Source: a bacterium (lineage in GTDB: Bacteria; Ratteibacteria; UBA8468; B48-G9; DTJG01). Taken from it: 35,743 bases of DNA. Under the pieces are notes generated by a model that made no database searches, was not told the DNA's origin, and worked only from the letters and a program-made list of their open reading frames with translations. The DNA lies in the NCBI GenBank assembly GCA_026418655.1, contig JAOAAW010000195.1, positions 1 through 35,743 on the forward strand, given 5' to 3'. This document shows, one piece after another, positions 26,753 through 35,743 of this stretch. Positions within the stretch are counted from its first letter, which is position 1. Each line of letters opens with the position of its first letter. Made by a program: the position numbers and the translations under genes.

Positions 26753-27759
26753 TAAATCACCCCTGAAGATACCCAGATTTCAAACATCTTCCTCATCTCG
26801 TCAGGCGAAACATTTGCGGTTCCAAGTTTCTGTACAACAACTCCTGCTGCAAGGTTTGCAAATGTTGCTGCTTTTAATATATCAAACCCACAAGCAAGAC
26901 CAAGGGTCAGGACCGCAATTACAGTATCTCCTGCGCCTGTTACATCAAAAACTTCTTTGCTTATTGCTGGAAGATGTGTCACCCCAGAATCACTAAAAAT
27001 TGTCATGCCATCTTTACCGCGTGTAATTACAAGGTTCTCAAGCGATAATTTTTTCATAATTTTTTTACCAAGTTCAACGATATCATCCACTGTTGATGGT
27101 TCAGGAAGATGCATTCCAGCACTTGCTTCCATAAGATTTGGTGTAAGGCATGTAACATTTTTGTAATAGAAAAAGTGATTGATTTTTGGGTCCACAGTTA
27201 TTACCTTTCTATATTTGTGGCATATTCCTGAACAATATGAAATAAGAGCGGGAATAACAACACCCTTTCCATAATCAGAAATAATTACCGCATCAAAATT
27301 TTTAATTTCCTTTTCAATAAAACTCTGTATCTTGGACAATTCCTCCTGGAAAAGTTTTTCAATTTTTTCTCTGTCCACCCTGATCATTTGCTGGGACCCA
27401 GCTATAACTCTTGTTTTGATACTGGTTGGAAAATTCTTCCTGGCAAGAAGAAAAGTACCAATATGGTTTTCCTCAAGCATATTTTTAAGAATGGCTCCGT
27501 TTGTATCGTCTCCAATAATACTTGCAATGCTTACATTACCTCCAAGTCCAGTGATATTAAAACAGACATTTCCTGCTCCACCACACCTGTAAATTTCTTT
27601 TTTTACTTCAAGTACTGGAACAGGTGCTTCTGGAGAAATCCTTCTGACCTGGCCCACCACAAAGTGATCAAGGATAATGTCTCCAACAACAAGAATTCTG
27701 GCTTCAGGAATCTGTTTCAGGAATTTTTCAAGATGTTGCTGTTTTACATGCATGGTCAT
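26752..27759 (-). CDS. hldA: D-glycero-beta-D-manno-heptose-7-phosphate kinase (stand-alone RfaE/HldE domain I)
   Basis: VVGDIILD, RISPEAPVPV, GGAGNV, SDYGKG, DPK, TPNL.EA, DVTGAGDT (PfkB motif). Confidence 0.92.
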   Translation of the reverse strand: MTMHVKQQHLEKFLKQIPEARILVVGDIILDHFVVGQVRRISPEAPVPVLEVKKEIYRCGGAGNVCFNITGLGGNVSIASIIGDDTNGAILKNMLEENHIGTFLLARKNFPTSIKTRVIAGSQQMIRVDREKIEKLFQEELSKIQSFIEKEIKNFDAVIISDYGKGVVIPALISYCSGICHKYRKVITVDPKINHFFYYKNVTCLTPNLMEASAGMHLPEPSTVDDIVELGKKIMKKLSLENLVITRGKDGMTIFSDSGVTHLPAISKEVFDVTGAGDTVIAVLTLGLACGFDILKAATFANLAAGVVVQKLGTANVSPDEMRKMFEIWVSSGVI

Positions 27760-27767
27760 TGCTAAGG

Positions 27768-29702
27768 TTAAATCCAGAATATTATGTTTCCCTGTTTTTT
27801 GGCAAAAAAGTCAATAAATACCCATATTCCTGCACAGGTATAGAAACCCAGTGGTAACCCTAAGAAAAAGTACTTACTTTTTTCATATGCTTTTACACCA
27901 CCATACTTGAGAATGATCTTTTTTATTAACCACGCAATAAAAATGGAAAACCACAACATGTCCATCAGCCACACAGGTCCAATGACAAACCCAATTGGAT
28001 GAAGTGGCCACCATAAAAACTGTTGTCTCATAAACATAAGTCCAGACATCACAGCCAGTCCGATACCACGACACAACCAGCCAATTTTGTTTGAATCAGT
28101 CGGATTGTTAATTAAATCTGTTATGTAATTAAAAGGAGCTTGAGGTCCACCTCTGAAAAACCAGCTATTAAGGTTAATACCACCGTATTTGTAAGAAATC
28201 TTGAGCATAAATATTATGGTGGTAATGATATTGACAAAAATTGCTGCCATAATTGCCCAGAAAAGATATCTTTTTACCTTGCTGAATCTGTCCATAATCT
28301 TTAATGACATGCTGCTGGCAGACATTGGAAAGGTTCTTAAATCTGCGCTGTAAACATAGGTAAGACCTAAAGCAACCAGTACTGAAACAGGAATGTGTTT
28401 ACTTCCCCACATGGAGATAATAATTGAGGAAGATATGATTGTTGCAACAAGTGTTGGGATACCTGCCTCACAGACAATCCTTGTAAGAACAAGGAAAATT
28501 ATCAGGGCAAATACATAAAATACCAGTCCTATGGTCCAATTGAGACCCGAGTATTTCAACCATCCAAGAACAACCAATGAGCCGATAATAAATCCCCAGA
28601 ACGCAGTTTTATATGAGAGAATCTCGTCAGAATCATCAATTGCTTTTTTCCCGATAGCATTTCTCCATATATCTCTGAAATGACTTCTGGCGATGTACAG
28701 ACTGTATGCTACCATTGCAAACATTGCACCTGTACCTAAATGTGCGAAGATTGCATAGCCAGCACATCCATAAATGCCTATATTTTCAGTGCTTGATATA
28801 CCTGTGATGTTAAAAATACCTCTGATAACCTGGAAAATAAGACTGAAAAACCATAAAGAAAAACTTACTTCAAGATTGGCAAGGTATACAAACCCAATAA
28901 CAGGAAAACTTATGCGAAAAACAAGGTTCTGGGTGTTTCTGAATACAGATATACTTTGCTGAAGTCTTGGAGCAGGAATAAGTTCATTGTAAGCATGTAA
29001 AGCAATAAATGTACCTGCCAGAAAGGCAATACCAAATCCAAGCCACATTAAGGGATTTTTGAAAAATCCTGGAAGATATGCACGTTTCCCCTTTACTTCC
29101 TGTTCTTTCACCATTTCTGTTGGCAAAATGGTCAGTGGATATACAAGTTTTTCTCTTTCCATCCACTGTCTTCTCAGCATAACAACTATGCATATTGTAC
29201 AGAAATAAAATACAAGAAGAAAAGGAATCCAGAGGGAAAGTGGTTTTATCCATGGAGTCCATGGGATGGTTTTACCTTTTGGAAGACCTTCAAAAAAATA
29301 TGTTACTGCATCCGGATCTGTTACAATCAAATTCTTATTCAAATGAGGAACAATCAAATTCAACCATTCATTCTGAGGGTTAGCATAATAGGTCGGCGCT
29401 GAAATCATTGGAAGAATTTGGCTTCCAAGACCCATTTCAGTAACAGAACATGCCACCAGCATCATGCAGTAAACAAGCAAAAGTTCTCCAGGTCTGAATG
29501 CCAGCTTCTGTTTTATTCTTTTCAGGAGTGTGTTTACAAAGAAAACAAGGAAGAAAAACAATGTGATGGCAGCAACAGGCATATGGTCTATTGCCAAATA
29601 TGAACCATTGTTAATGTCCACGGAAACATGGTCATAGATAGCAATAAATATTGAAAGCAATATGCCTGTTATGAATGAACGCAAAGTAAAAACTTTTTCC
29701 AC
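27768..29702 (-). CDS. Polytopic inner-membrane protein, OPT-like 'peptide transporter' (DUF6785/DUF6784-like) of unknown function
   Basis: Many hydrophobic segments; motifs ELLLVY, IPW..W..PL..W, LRRQW..REKLVYPL, SFSLWFF, RIVCEAG, WWPLHPIGF, ILKYGG...Y......FFLGL..G recalled for this family. Confidence 0.7.
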   Translation of the reverse strand: MEKVFTLRSFITGILLSIFIAIYDHVSVDINNGSYLAIDHMPVAAITLFFFLVFFVNTLLKRIKQKLAFRPGELLLVYCMMLVACSVTEMGLGSQILPMISAPTYYANPQNEWLNLIVPHLNKNLIVTDPDAVTYFFEGLPKGKTIPWTPWIKPLSLWIPFLLVFYFCTICIVVMLRRQWMEREKLVYPLTILPTEMVKEQEVKGKRAYLPGFFKNPLMWLGFGIAFLAGTFIALHAYNELIPAPRLQQSISVFRNTQNLVFRISFPVIGFVYLANLEVSFSLWFFSLIFQVIRGIFNITGISSTENIGIYGCAGYAIFAHLGTGAMFAMVAYSLYIARSHFRDIWRNAIGKKAIDDSDEILSYKTAFWGFIIGSLVVLGWLKYSGLNWTIGLVFYVFALIIFLVLTRIVCEAGIPTLVATIISSSIIISMWGSKHIPVSVLVALGLTYVYSADLRTFPMSASSMSLKIMDRFSKVKRYLFWAIMAAIFVNIITTIIFMLKISYKYGGINLNSWFFRGGPQAPFNYITDLINNPTDSNKIGWLCRGIGLAVMSGLMFMRQQFLWWPLHPIGFVIGPVWLMDMLWFSIFIAWLIKKIILKYGGVKAYEKSKYFFLGLPLGFYTCAGIWVFIDFFAKKQGNIIFWI

Positions 29703-29704
29703 AT

Positions 29705-31147
29705 TTACTCCTTTGTAAGATTCTGTTCAATATAGTAAGTAAATCTGAGTAAATCGAGTTCTTTAAATGCAGGTGCAAGAATCTGCATGCCCATTGGAAG
29801 TTTATCAGAAGAAAATCCGATTGGCAAATTTATGCCTGGAATTCCTGCAAGATTGGCACCAACCGTATAAATATCAGAGAGATACATCATTAATGGATTG
29901 GCTGCTTTTTCACCGAGTTTAAAAGCGGTTTCAGGTGTTGTCGGAGTGATGATGAAATCAACGGCTTTGAAGGCAGATTTAAAATCTTCTATTATTAGGG
30001 TACGAACTTTTTGTGCCTTCAGATAATAAGCATCATAATATCCTGCAGAAAGAACGAAAGTTCCCAGCATTATACGTCTTTTTGTTTCATCTCCAAAGCC
30101 TTCTCCCCTTGAATTTACATAAAGATCATAAACAGTATCAGAATTTTTGCTCCTGTATCCGAATTTCACTCCATCAAATCTTGCCAGATTTGTACTGGCT
30201 TCTGCTGTTGAAATTATGTAATATGTGGGAATTCCATAGTGTGTATGTGGGAGCGTAATGTTTTTTATATGGAATCCATCATTAGCAAGTAAGTCAAGAA
30301 TCTTGTTGATTTTTTCCCTTATTTGTGAAGAAAGTCCCTTTTCAAAATATTCTTCAGGAATCCCCACTGTTATTTTGCTTCTTTCAAGTGGTTTTTCAAT
30401 TTCTTTATCATACTCTGGCACAGGTATATCGCAACATGTTGAATCACACTCATCATAACCTGCAATAACCTTCAAAATCAGGGCTACATCCTTAACATTT
30501 TTTGCAAATGGTCCAATCTGGTCAAGTGAAGAACCGAATGCTACCAGTCCGTATCTTGAAACCCTTCCATAGGAAGGTTTAAGTCCAACAACCCCACAAA
30601 AACTTGCTGGTTGCCTTATTGAACCGCCGGTATCAGAACCAAGTGCACCTGGCGACATATTGGCTGCAACCGCTGCTGCTGAACCGCCACTGGAACCACC
30701 AGGTACTCTCTGCGTATCAAATGGATTCAATGTTGGTCCGAACGCAGAATTTTCTGTGGATGAACCAAATGCAAACTCATCCATATTGGTCTTCCCGATA
30801 AGAATAGCGCCGGCATCTCTGAGCTTTTTAATGACATGGGCATCAAAAGGGCTCATATAACCTTTCAAAATTTTTGAGGCACATGTGGTTGGCTGGTCCA
30901 CTGTGCAGATATTATCTTTTATGGCTATCGGTATTCCCTCAAGGGCACCTATTTCACCTTCCAGATATCTTTTTTGACTTATTTCTGCCTGTCTTAAACA
31001 TTCATGATTTATATGAAGAAAAGCATTGAGGAGTTTGTTTTTTTCATTGATTGCTGAAAGATAGGTGTTAACTAATTCAATGACTGATATTTCTCTTTTT
31101 TCAAGAAGTGCCTTAATTTCACACAGACTTAAGCGTGTGATATCCAT
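29705..31147 (-). CDS. gatA: Asp-tRNA(Asn)/Glu-tRNA(Gln) amidotransferase subunit A
   Basis: KDNI, GKTNMDEFA.GSS, GGSSGGSAAAVAA, GSDTGGSIRQPA, RGEGFG.E.KRRIMLGT, YYDAYY.KAQKVR, MYLSDIYT. The likely start is ATG at 31147, 1 nt after the upstream stop; the track's 31180 overlaps the upstream gene. Confidence 0.96.
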   Translation of the reverse strand: MDITRLSLCEIKALLEKREISVIELVNTYLSAINEKNKLLNAFLHINHECLRQAEISQKRYLEGEIGALEGIPIAIKDNICTVDQPTTCASKILKGYMSPFDAHVIKKLRDAGAILIGKTNMDEFAFGSSTENSAFGPTLNPFDTQRVPGGSSGGSAAAVAANMSPGALGSDTGGSIRQPASFCGVVGLKPSYGRVSRYGLVAFGSSLDQIGPFAKNVKDVALILKVIAGYDECDSTCCDIPVPEYDKEIEKPLERSKITVGIPEEYFEKGLSSQIREKINKILDLLANDGFHIKNITLPHTHYGIPTYYIISTAEASTNLARFDGVKFGYRSKNSDTVYDLYVNSRGEGFGDETKRRIMLGTFVLSAGYYDAYYLKAQKVRTLIIEDFKSAFKAVDFIITPTTPETAFKLGEKAANPLMMYLSDIYTVGANLAGIPGINLPIGFSSDKLPMGMQILAPAFKELDLLRFTYYIEQNLTKE

Positions 31148-31148
31148 G

Positions 31149-32405
31149 TCATAAGAATTCCCTGGGATCAGAAACTTCACCCTTTATTGCCGATGCTGCA
31201 ACTGTTGCAGGTGAAGCAAGATAAATAAAAGCTTCAGGGTTTCCCATTCTACCCTTAAAATTTCTATTCGCTGTTGATATTACCACCTCACCATCAGCAG
31301 GTATTCCCTGATGGGTTCCAACGCATGGACCGCAACCTGGATTTGTTACACAGCAACCACTTTCCATGAAAATTCTTATATACCCTTTTTTCATTGCTTC
31401 AAGATAAATCTTCCTTGAGCCAGGAGTTATTATTGTACGTACATCAGGATGGACTTTCTTTCCTCTTAAAATCTTTGCTGCGATTGCAAGATCTTCCAAT
31501 CTTCCATTGGTGCATGTTCCAATAAAGGCCTGATTGATTTTAGTGCCCTTAATTTCTTCAACAGGGCATACATTATCAACGGTATGCGGTTTTGCAACAA
31601 GGGGTTCAAGTTTACTAACATCAAGATGGACTTCATTGACATATATTGCATCTGCATCTGCGAAAACAGGACTGAATTTTTCCTCGGATGCAAAACTTTT
31701 TAGATATTTTTCAAGGATTTCATCATAATCCATCACACAGTTTTTTCCACCTATCTCAGTTACAAGATTTGCTATTGTAAATCGTGCGTCCATGGAAAGA
31801 TTTTTTACTGTATCTCCCTTTATTTCAACGCTCTGGTAAACTGCTCCCCTTGCGGTAAGAGTTTTTACCATTAGAAGACCCATATCTTTTGCAAAAACAC
31901 CCTTTTTCAATTTCCCAGAAAATACAATTTTTGTGCTGTAGGGTACCCTGAACCACTGTTTTCCTGTTAGCATTGCAATAGCAATATCTGTTGAGCCCAT
32001 GCCACAGGCCATCAGATTCATCGCTCCATATGTGGGAGTATGACTATCTGCACCAAGTACCAATTGACCTGGTCTTAAGAATCCTTTTTCTGGCATAAGG
32101 ACATGGCACACTCCTTCACCAATTTCCATCTTTCTTATTCCATACTTTTGTACAAATTCTCTCATAATCTTATGGAGGGAAGAAACTCCCATATTCGGAC
32201 TTGGCGCACTGTGGTCAAAAACAAAACAGATTCTATCAGGATTAAAAACCCTGTCTCCTTCCAGGGACTCAAACGCCTTTATTACAAGTGGTGCTGTACC
32301 ATCCTGTGCCATGACGAAATCAACCTTTGCAAGACATATTTCACCTGCAGTAACGTGTTTTCCTGCATGGCTTGATAAAATCTTTTCTGCTATGGTCTGG
32401 CCCAC
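31149..32405 (-). CDS. Aconitase-family large subunit (LeuC type 2/HacA-like; isopropylmalate dehydratase, homoaconitase or aconitase)
   Basis: MGQTIAEKIL, QDGT, DH, GVCH, GADSHTPT, 4Fe-4S Cys motifs GTCTNGR and CGPC, STANRNFKGRMG. Confidence 0.9.
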   Translation of the reverse strand: MGQTIAEKILSSHAGKHVTAGEICLAKVDFVMAQDGTAPLVIKAFESLEGDRVFNPDRICFVFDHSAPSPNMGVSSLHKIMREFVQKYGIRKMEIGEGVCHVLMPEKGFLRPGQLVLGADSHTPTYGAMNLMACGMGSTDIAIAMLTGKQWFRVPYSTKIVFSGKLKKGVFAKDMGLLMVKTLTARGAVYQSVEIKGDTVKNLSMDARFTIANLVTEIGGKNCVMDYDEILEKYLKSFASEEKFSPVFADADAIYVNEVHLDVSKLEPLVAKPHTVDNVCPVEEIKGTKINQAFIGTCTNGRLEDLAIAAKILRGKKVHPDVRTIITPGSRKIYLEAMKKGYIRIFMESGCCVTNPGCGPCVGTHQGIPADGEVVISTANRNFKGRMGNPEAFIYLASPATVAASAIKGEVSDPREFL

Positions 32406-32419
32406 TTAAAATTTCCTGT

Positions 32420-33652
32420 TTAAGGAGTTACTGTCATCAAAAGCCTTGCTTCTTCTGGATGTCTTGCAACAAAAAGAAGTTCATCGTCTGTCAAGGGTTT
32501 CTGGGTATGAACATTTGCGTATCTGGCAAGTTCAAGGATTTTCCTTGCCTCTTCTTCATCTTTGAATTCAACCTCAAGCTTTCCATAAATATTCCTCAAA
32601 CCCTTTATTCCACTGTATTCACCAAGAATAATCATCCTTCCTGTCTCAATAATTTCTGGTTCTCCTCTGCCCAATTCTTCAAAATCGTACAGTTCATAGT
32701 TTCTTCTATCTTTCAGGGCACCATCAACATGAATGCCCGAGGAGTGAGCAAAGGCATTTGCACCAACACCAACCTGATTGATGGGTATGGGAACCTTAAA
32801 GGCATATGAAGCATAATGAGCAATTTTCCAGGACATTGACAGATTTATCCTCTCATCAAGCTGATATTTTCCAGCCATTCCAGCACCGTATTTGCAGGCA
32901 AGTAGTACAGATATAAGGTCTGCATTTCCTGCTCTTTCTCCCATTCCGTTGATTGTTGTGTTGATGTATGCGTCTACACCAGCATCAATTGCTGCCTTTG
33001 CGCCCGCAATTGAACAGGCAACAGCCATCCCCAGATCATTGTGGCAATGCAATTCCACAGGCATTTTTGTCTTTGAAGCAAGCTGGTAAACTCTTTCATA
33101 AATTGTAAATGGTGTATCATAACCGAGGGTATCACAATATCGTATTCTTTCCGCGCCATGTTCCTTTCCTGCAAGGGTAAATTCTATAAGATGGTTGATG
33201 TCAGTTCTTGATGCGTCCTCTGCATTGACCCCTATTGTTTTTGCGCCATGAGCTTTTGCGGCATCAACAGCAGATGTCATATCTTTGATAACACCTGAAA
33301 AATCCCTTTTACCCTGGAATTTACCCATTATCATCTGTTGGGATGTTGAAATTGAGAGATTTACGTGTTCAAGGTCAGGAACATTTTTGAATGCTTCTTC
33401 AACGTCTTCAACAATTGCTCTCATCCAGCCAGAAATTCTTATTGGAACCAAAACTCCCTTTTTCACAAGGGAGATGTTTGCATTAAGATAGTTGATTTCA
33501 TGTTTTGTTACCGGAAAACCCGCTTCACTTTGAAATATTCCCATCTGATTGAGATAGATATTTATAAGAGTTTTCTCAAGTTTTGCAAGGCCCAGCCGCG
33601 CTGTCTGCACTCCATCTCTATTCGTCACATCAACTATATATATTTTTGGCAT
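32420..33652 (-). CDS. DRE-TIM metallolyase of the homocitrate synthase/IPMS family, probable Re-citrate synthase
   Basis: DVTNRDGVQT, AEDASRT, RYCDTLG, HCHNDLGMA, NGMGERAGNA, FAHSSGIH.DG; no LeuA regulatory domain. From memory it resembles the Dehalococcoides 'homocitrate synthase' that was shown to be a Re-citrate synthase. Confidence 0.8.
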   Translation of the reverse strand: MPKIYIVDVTNRDGVQTARLGLAKLEKTLINIYLNQMGIFQSEAGFPVTKHEINYLNANISLVKKGVLVPIRISGWMRAIVEDVEEAFKNVPDLEHVNLSISTSQQMIMGKFQGKRDFSGVIKDMTSAVDAAKAHGAKTIGVNAEDASRTDINHLIEFTLAGKEHGAERIRYCDTLGYDTPFTIYERVYQLASKTKMPVELHCHNDLGMAVACSIAGAKAAIDAGVDAYINTTINGMGERAGNADLISVLLACKYGAGMAGKYQLDERINLSMSWKIAHYASYAFKVPIPINQVGVGANAFAHSSGIHVDGALKDRRNYELYDFEELGRGEPEIIETGRMIILGEYSGIKGLRNIYGKLEVEFKDEEEARKILELARYANVHTQKPLTDDELLFVARHPEEARLLMTVTP

Positions 33653-33677
33653 AAAAACCTCCCTTTAAAAAAACAAT

Positions 33678-34121
33678 TTATTTTATTTCAAGAGCCACAG
33701 GTTTCTGTGCCTCATGAGGATGGTTTGGACCGCGGTAGACCTTGAGTTTTTTAAGCAATGCTCTTCCCAGGCGGTTGTGTGGAAGCATCCCTTTAACAGC
33801 ATGCTCAATAATGGTCTCTGGGCTTTTTTCCATTAGGGACATGAATGTTTCCTTTTTTAAACCGCCCAGGTATCCAGAATGCCTGTAATAGACCTTATCA
33901 GTTATTTTTCTTCCTGTTACCTTCACTTTTTCAGCATTGACAACGATAACAAAATCTCCTGTATCAGCGTATGGAACATAACAGGGTTTGTGTTTCCCCA
34001 ACAAGATTCTTGCTATGTTTGATGCCAGTCTGCCAAGTGTTTTTCCCGTTGCATCCACAAGATAAAAATTTTTCTCAATCTTTGTTTTTCCATCAGGAAC
34101 AGGTGTTTTTTTCGTTTTCAT
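33678..34121 (-). CDS. rplM: 50S ribosomal protein L13
   Basis: [20 protein letters not shown]...[45 protein letters not shown]. Confidence 0.98.
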   Translation of the reverse strand: MKTKKTPVPDGKTKIEKNFYLVDATGKTLGRLASNIARILLGKHKPCYVPYADTGDFVIVVNAEKVKVTGRKITDKVYYRHSGYLGGLKKETFMSLMEKSPETIIEHAVKGMLPHNRLGRALLKKLKVYRGPNHPHEAQKPVALEIK

Positions 34122-34175
34122 ATTTCCCCCAATTCACAATTAAAGACATCCTGCTGACAATTTTATTTTGCCAAG

Positions 34176-34204
34176 ATTATACCCATTTCTGCGCCTGCTG
34201 TCAA
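34176..34204 (-). promoter_or_regulatory. Sigma70 promoter for the rplM-led operon
   Basis: Consensus TTGACA-N17-TATAAT on the minus strand, 55 nt upstream of the rplM ATG. Confidence 0.85.
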
Positions 34205-34244
34205 AAATTGGTTTCTATAATAAAATGTGATAGTATTGGAAATC

Positions 34245-35743
34245 ATGATAAAAAAAATTTTCGTTCCTGATTTTGAAAGGCCCATCAGAATACCTTCAAA
34301 AGTTAGATTAACTTTTGCAAAGCCAGAGGTTGTTTTATCCGGTAGTAAAATCACATTGAAATTGAGATTTTTTATCCCGATTGATGTAAAATCTGATAGC
34401 ATCCTTAAACTTCAATTGTTTGGTGGAAGAAACAACAAAGGAAACTTTCTCGGAATCCAGTGCGATGACGAAGAGAAGGACGGCTTTATTTCAGTAAAAT
34501 ATAAAAATCAGACACTCAGAATTTCACAGAAGAAAAATCCTTATGGTACAATCACAATAACTCCTGATAAGCAAGGTATAAAACAGGGTGATTATATCAG
34601 TGTGATACTGAAAAATGTTGAAATCGGAAAAGACCGGTTATTAAACAAATTTTTTGTTCTTTATCAGGATGGATTTCGCTCGCCGGATATTCCACATAAA
34701 CCTGAAAGTGTATGGAATGAAGAAAACCAGAAACAAATTCTTTCTGCCTGTATCATGCATATCCTTGGTGGTAAAATCCATCATTTAGAGTTGTACGCAC
34801 CTTCAACAGTTAAAGCCAATGAAAGGTTCTCATTGCTTATCAGGCCAGAAGATAAATTTCATAATCTATCATCAGAAGTTTTTAATGGGAGAATAGAAGT
34901 TTTTAATGGAAGAACACCATTAAAAGGTATCATTAAAAAAGTACAGAACTCAACCTGTGTAAAATTTGAAACTTCATTGAGAAAAAATGGTGTTTATAGG
35001 ATTACAGTAAGATATGGTGAAAAAAATTCTGTCAGCAACCCTGTCATTTGTGATAAAAAAGGAAAGTTTAATCTTTACTGGGGAATGATTCACGGGCATA
35101 CAGAAATGTCAGATGGTACTGGAACGATTGACTATTATTTTCATCAGCTAAAAAATGAGGCATGTCTTGATTTTGGCGCACCAGGAGACCATGACCACAC
35201 ATGGGAAACAACTGAAAAAATGTGGAAAAAAACCTGTGATACTGTTAAAAAATGGAACAAACCGGGTGAATTTATTACCTTTTTAGGTTATGAATGGGCA
35301 AAATGGAGAAGAAATGGTGACGGAGACAGAAATGTTTATTACTATTATGACAACAGACCGATGTACAGGTCTGATGAAGGACATTATCCAGACCCACCAT
35401 CGTTGTTCAGAGCATTGGAAAAAGAAAAAGCCATTATAATACCACATCACACAGCCCACGGTGGGAATTTTTGTGACTGGAAGGATCATGATATTGAAAA
35501 AGAACGACTTATTGAAATTTATCAGGAAAGAGGAAGTTATGAGTGTTCTGCGGAAAAAGGAAATCCAGTACCAGAATGCAAAAGCAAATGGGAAATTTAT
35601 GAAAAGGGCTATGTTGTAAATGCGCTTCTTTCTGGCTGGCGATGTGGATTTACAGGTGGTGGAGATGACCATATAGGGCACGCAGGAACAGATTTTCCAA
35701 GAGGTAATTGTAATTATAAAGATGGTCTTACAGGAGTTTTTGC
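34245..35743 (+). CDS. DUF3604/PHP-like metallohydrolase (3' end runs off the window)
   Basis: Hand translation from ATG 34245 (MIKKIFVPDFERP...) is stop-free and gives SNPV, LYWGMIHGHTEMSDG, DFGAPGDHD, FITFLGYEW, GDRNVY, IIIPHH, RLIEIYQ, GFTGGGDDH. Not in the ORF track. Confidence 0.85.
   Translation, partial: MIKKIFVPDFERPIRIPSKVRLTFAKPEVVLSGSKITLKLRFFIPIDVKSDSILKLQLFGGRNNKGNFLGIQCDDEEKDGFISVKYKNQTLRISQKKNPYGTITITPDKQGIKQGDYISVILKNVEIGKDRLLNKFFVLYQDGFRSPDIPHKPESVWNEENQKQILSACIMHILGGKIHHLELYAPSTVKANERFSLLIRPEDKFHNLSSEVFNGRIEVFNGRTPLKGIIKKVQNSTCVKFETSLRKNGVYRITVRYGEKNSVSNPVICDKKGKFNLYWGMIHGHTEMSDGTGTIDYYFHQLKNEACLDFGAPGDHDHTWETTEKMWKKTCDTVKKWNKPGEFITFLGYEWAKWRRNGDGDRNVYYYYDNRPMYRSDEGHYPDPPSLFRALEKEKAIIIPHHTAHGGNFCDWKDHDIEKERLIEIYQERGSYECSAEKGNPVPECKSKWEIYEKGYVVNALLSGWRCGFTGGGDDHIGHAGTDFPRGNCNYKDGLTGVF
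34874..34915 (+). repeat. In-frame 21-bp tandem duplication
   Basis: AGAAGTTTTTAATGGGAGAAT / AGAAGTTTTTAATGGAAGAAC, encoding EVFNGRI-EVFNGRT. Confidence 0.75.

Noticed and set aside
31148-31180. Track start of gatA at 31180
   Set aside because: It overlaps the upstream gene; ATG at 31147 directly follows its stop and gives a normal GatA N-terminus.
32420-33652. nifV or leuA assignment
   Set aside because: No nif genes nearby, no LeuA regulatory domain and an atypical DVTNRDG motif, so no gene symbol was given.
1795-34270. Many 60-145 aa ORFs nested in or antisense to long genes
   Set aside because: They overlap confidently assigned CDSs and show no motifs or clear SD; expected shadow ORFs.
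34163-35681. Minus-strand ORFs 34163..34402 and 35283..35681
   Set aside because: Antisense to the long + strand DUF3604 ORF, with no recognisable motifs.
1-35743. CRISPR arrays, tRNA/rRNA genes, riboswitches
   Set aside because: No regularly spaced repeats or recognisable RNA gene signatures, and intergenic gaps are short; a covariance-model scan was not possible.

Overview
AT-rich bacterial chromosomal segment from a diderm (LPS genes lpxB, msbA, kdsB, hldA). The gene content, including a DUF1559 H-X9-DG prepilin and large secreted sugar-binding proteins, resembles PVC-related or candidate phyla such as Ratteibacteria/Omnitrophota; this taxonomy is inference. It contains housekeeping genes in unusually shuffled operons: pyrR-pyrB-uvrD-purH, tolC-lpxB-msbA, and rplM-(probable Re-citrate synthase)-aconitase/LeuC large subunit-gatA-membrane protein-hldA-kdsB-pyrG. 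A small + strand cassette encodes a UroD-like protein, a secreted esterase and AraD. The main feature is a ~11.5 kb regulated glycan-utilisation-like locus (12846-24331): GntR/LacI regulator, DUF1559 prepilin, PIG-L deacetylase, two paralogous secreted TIM-barrel/discoidin proteins with different N-termini, and a divergent TPR-GH9-like protein. It is followed by an orphan CFI-box-CTERM sorting-signal fragment. Two genes missing from the ORF track run off the window ends (purH and a DUF3604/PHP protein). No rRNA, tRNA, CRISPR array or IS element was recognised.
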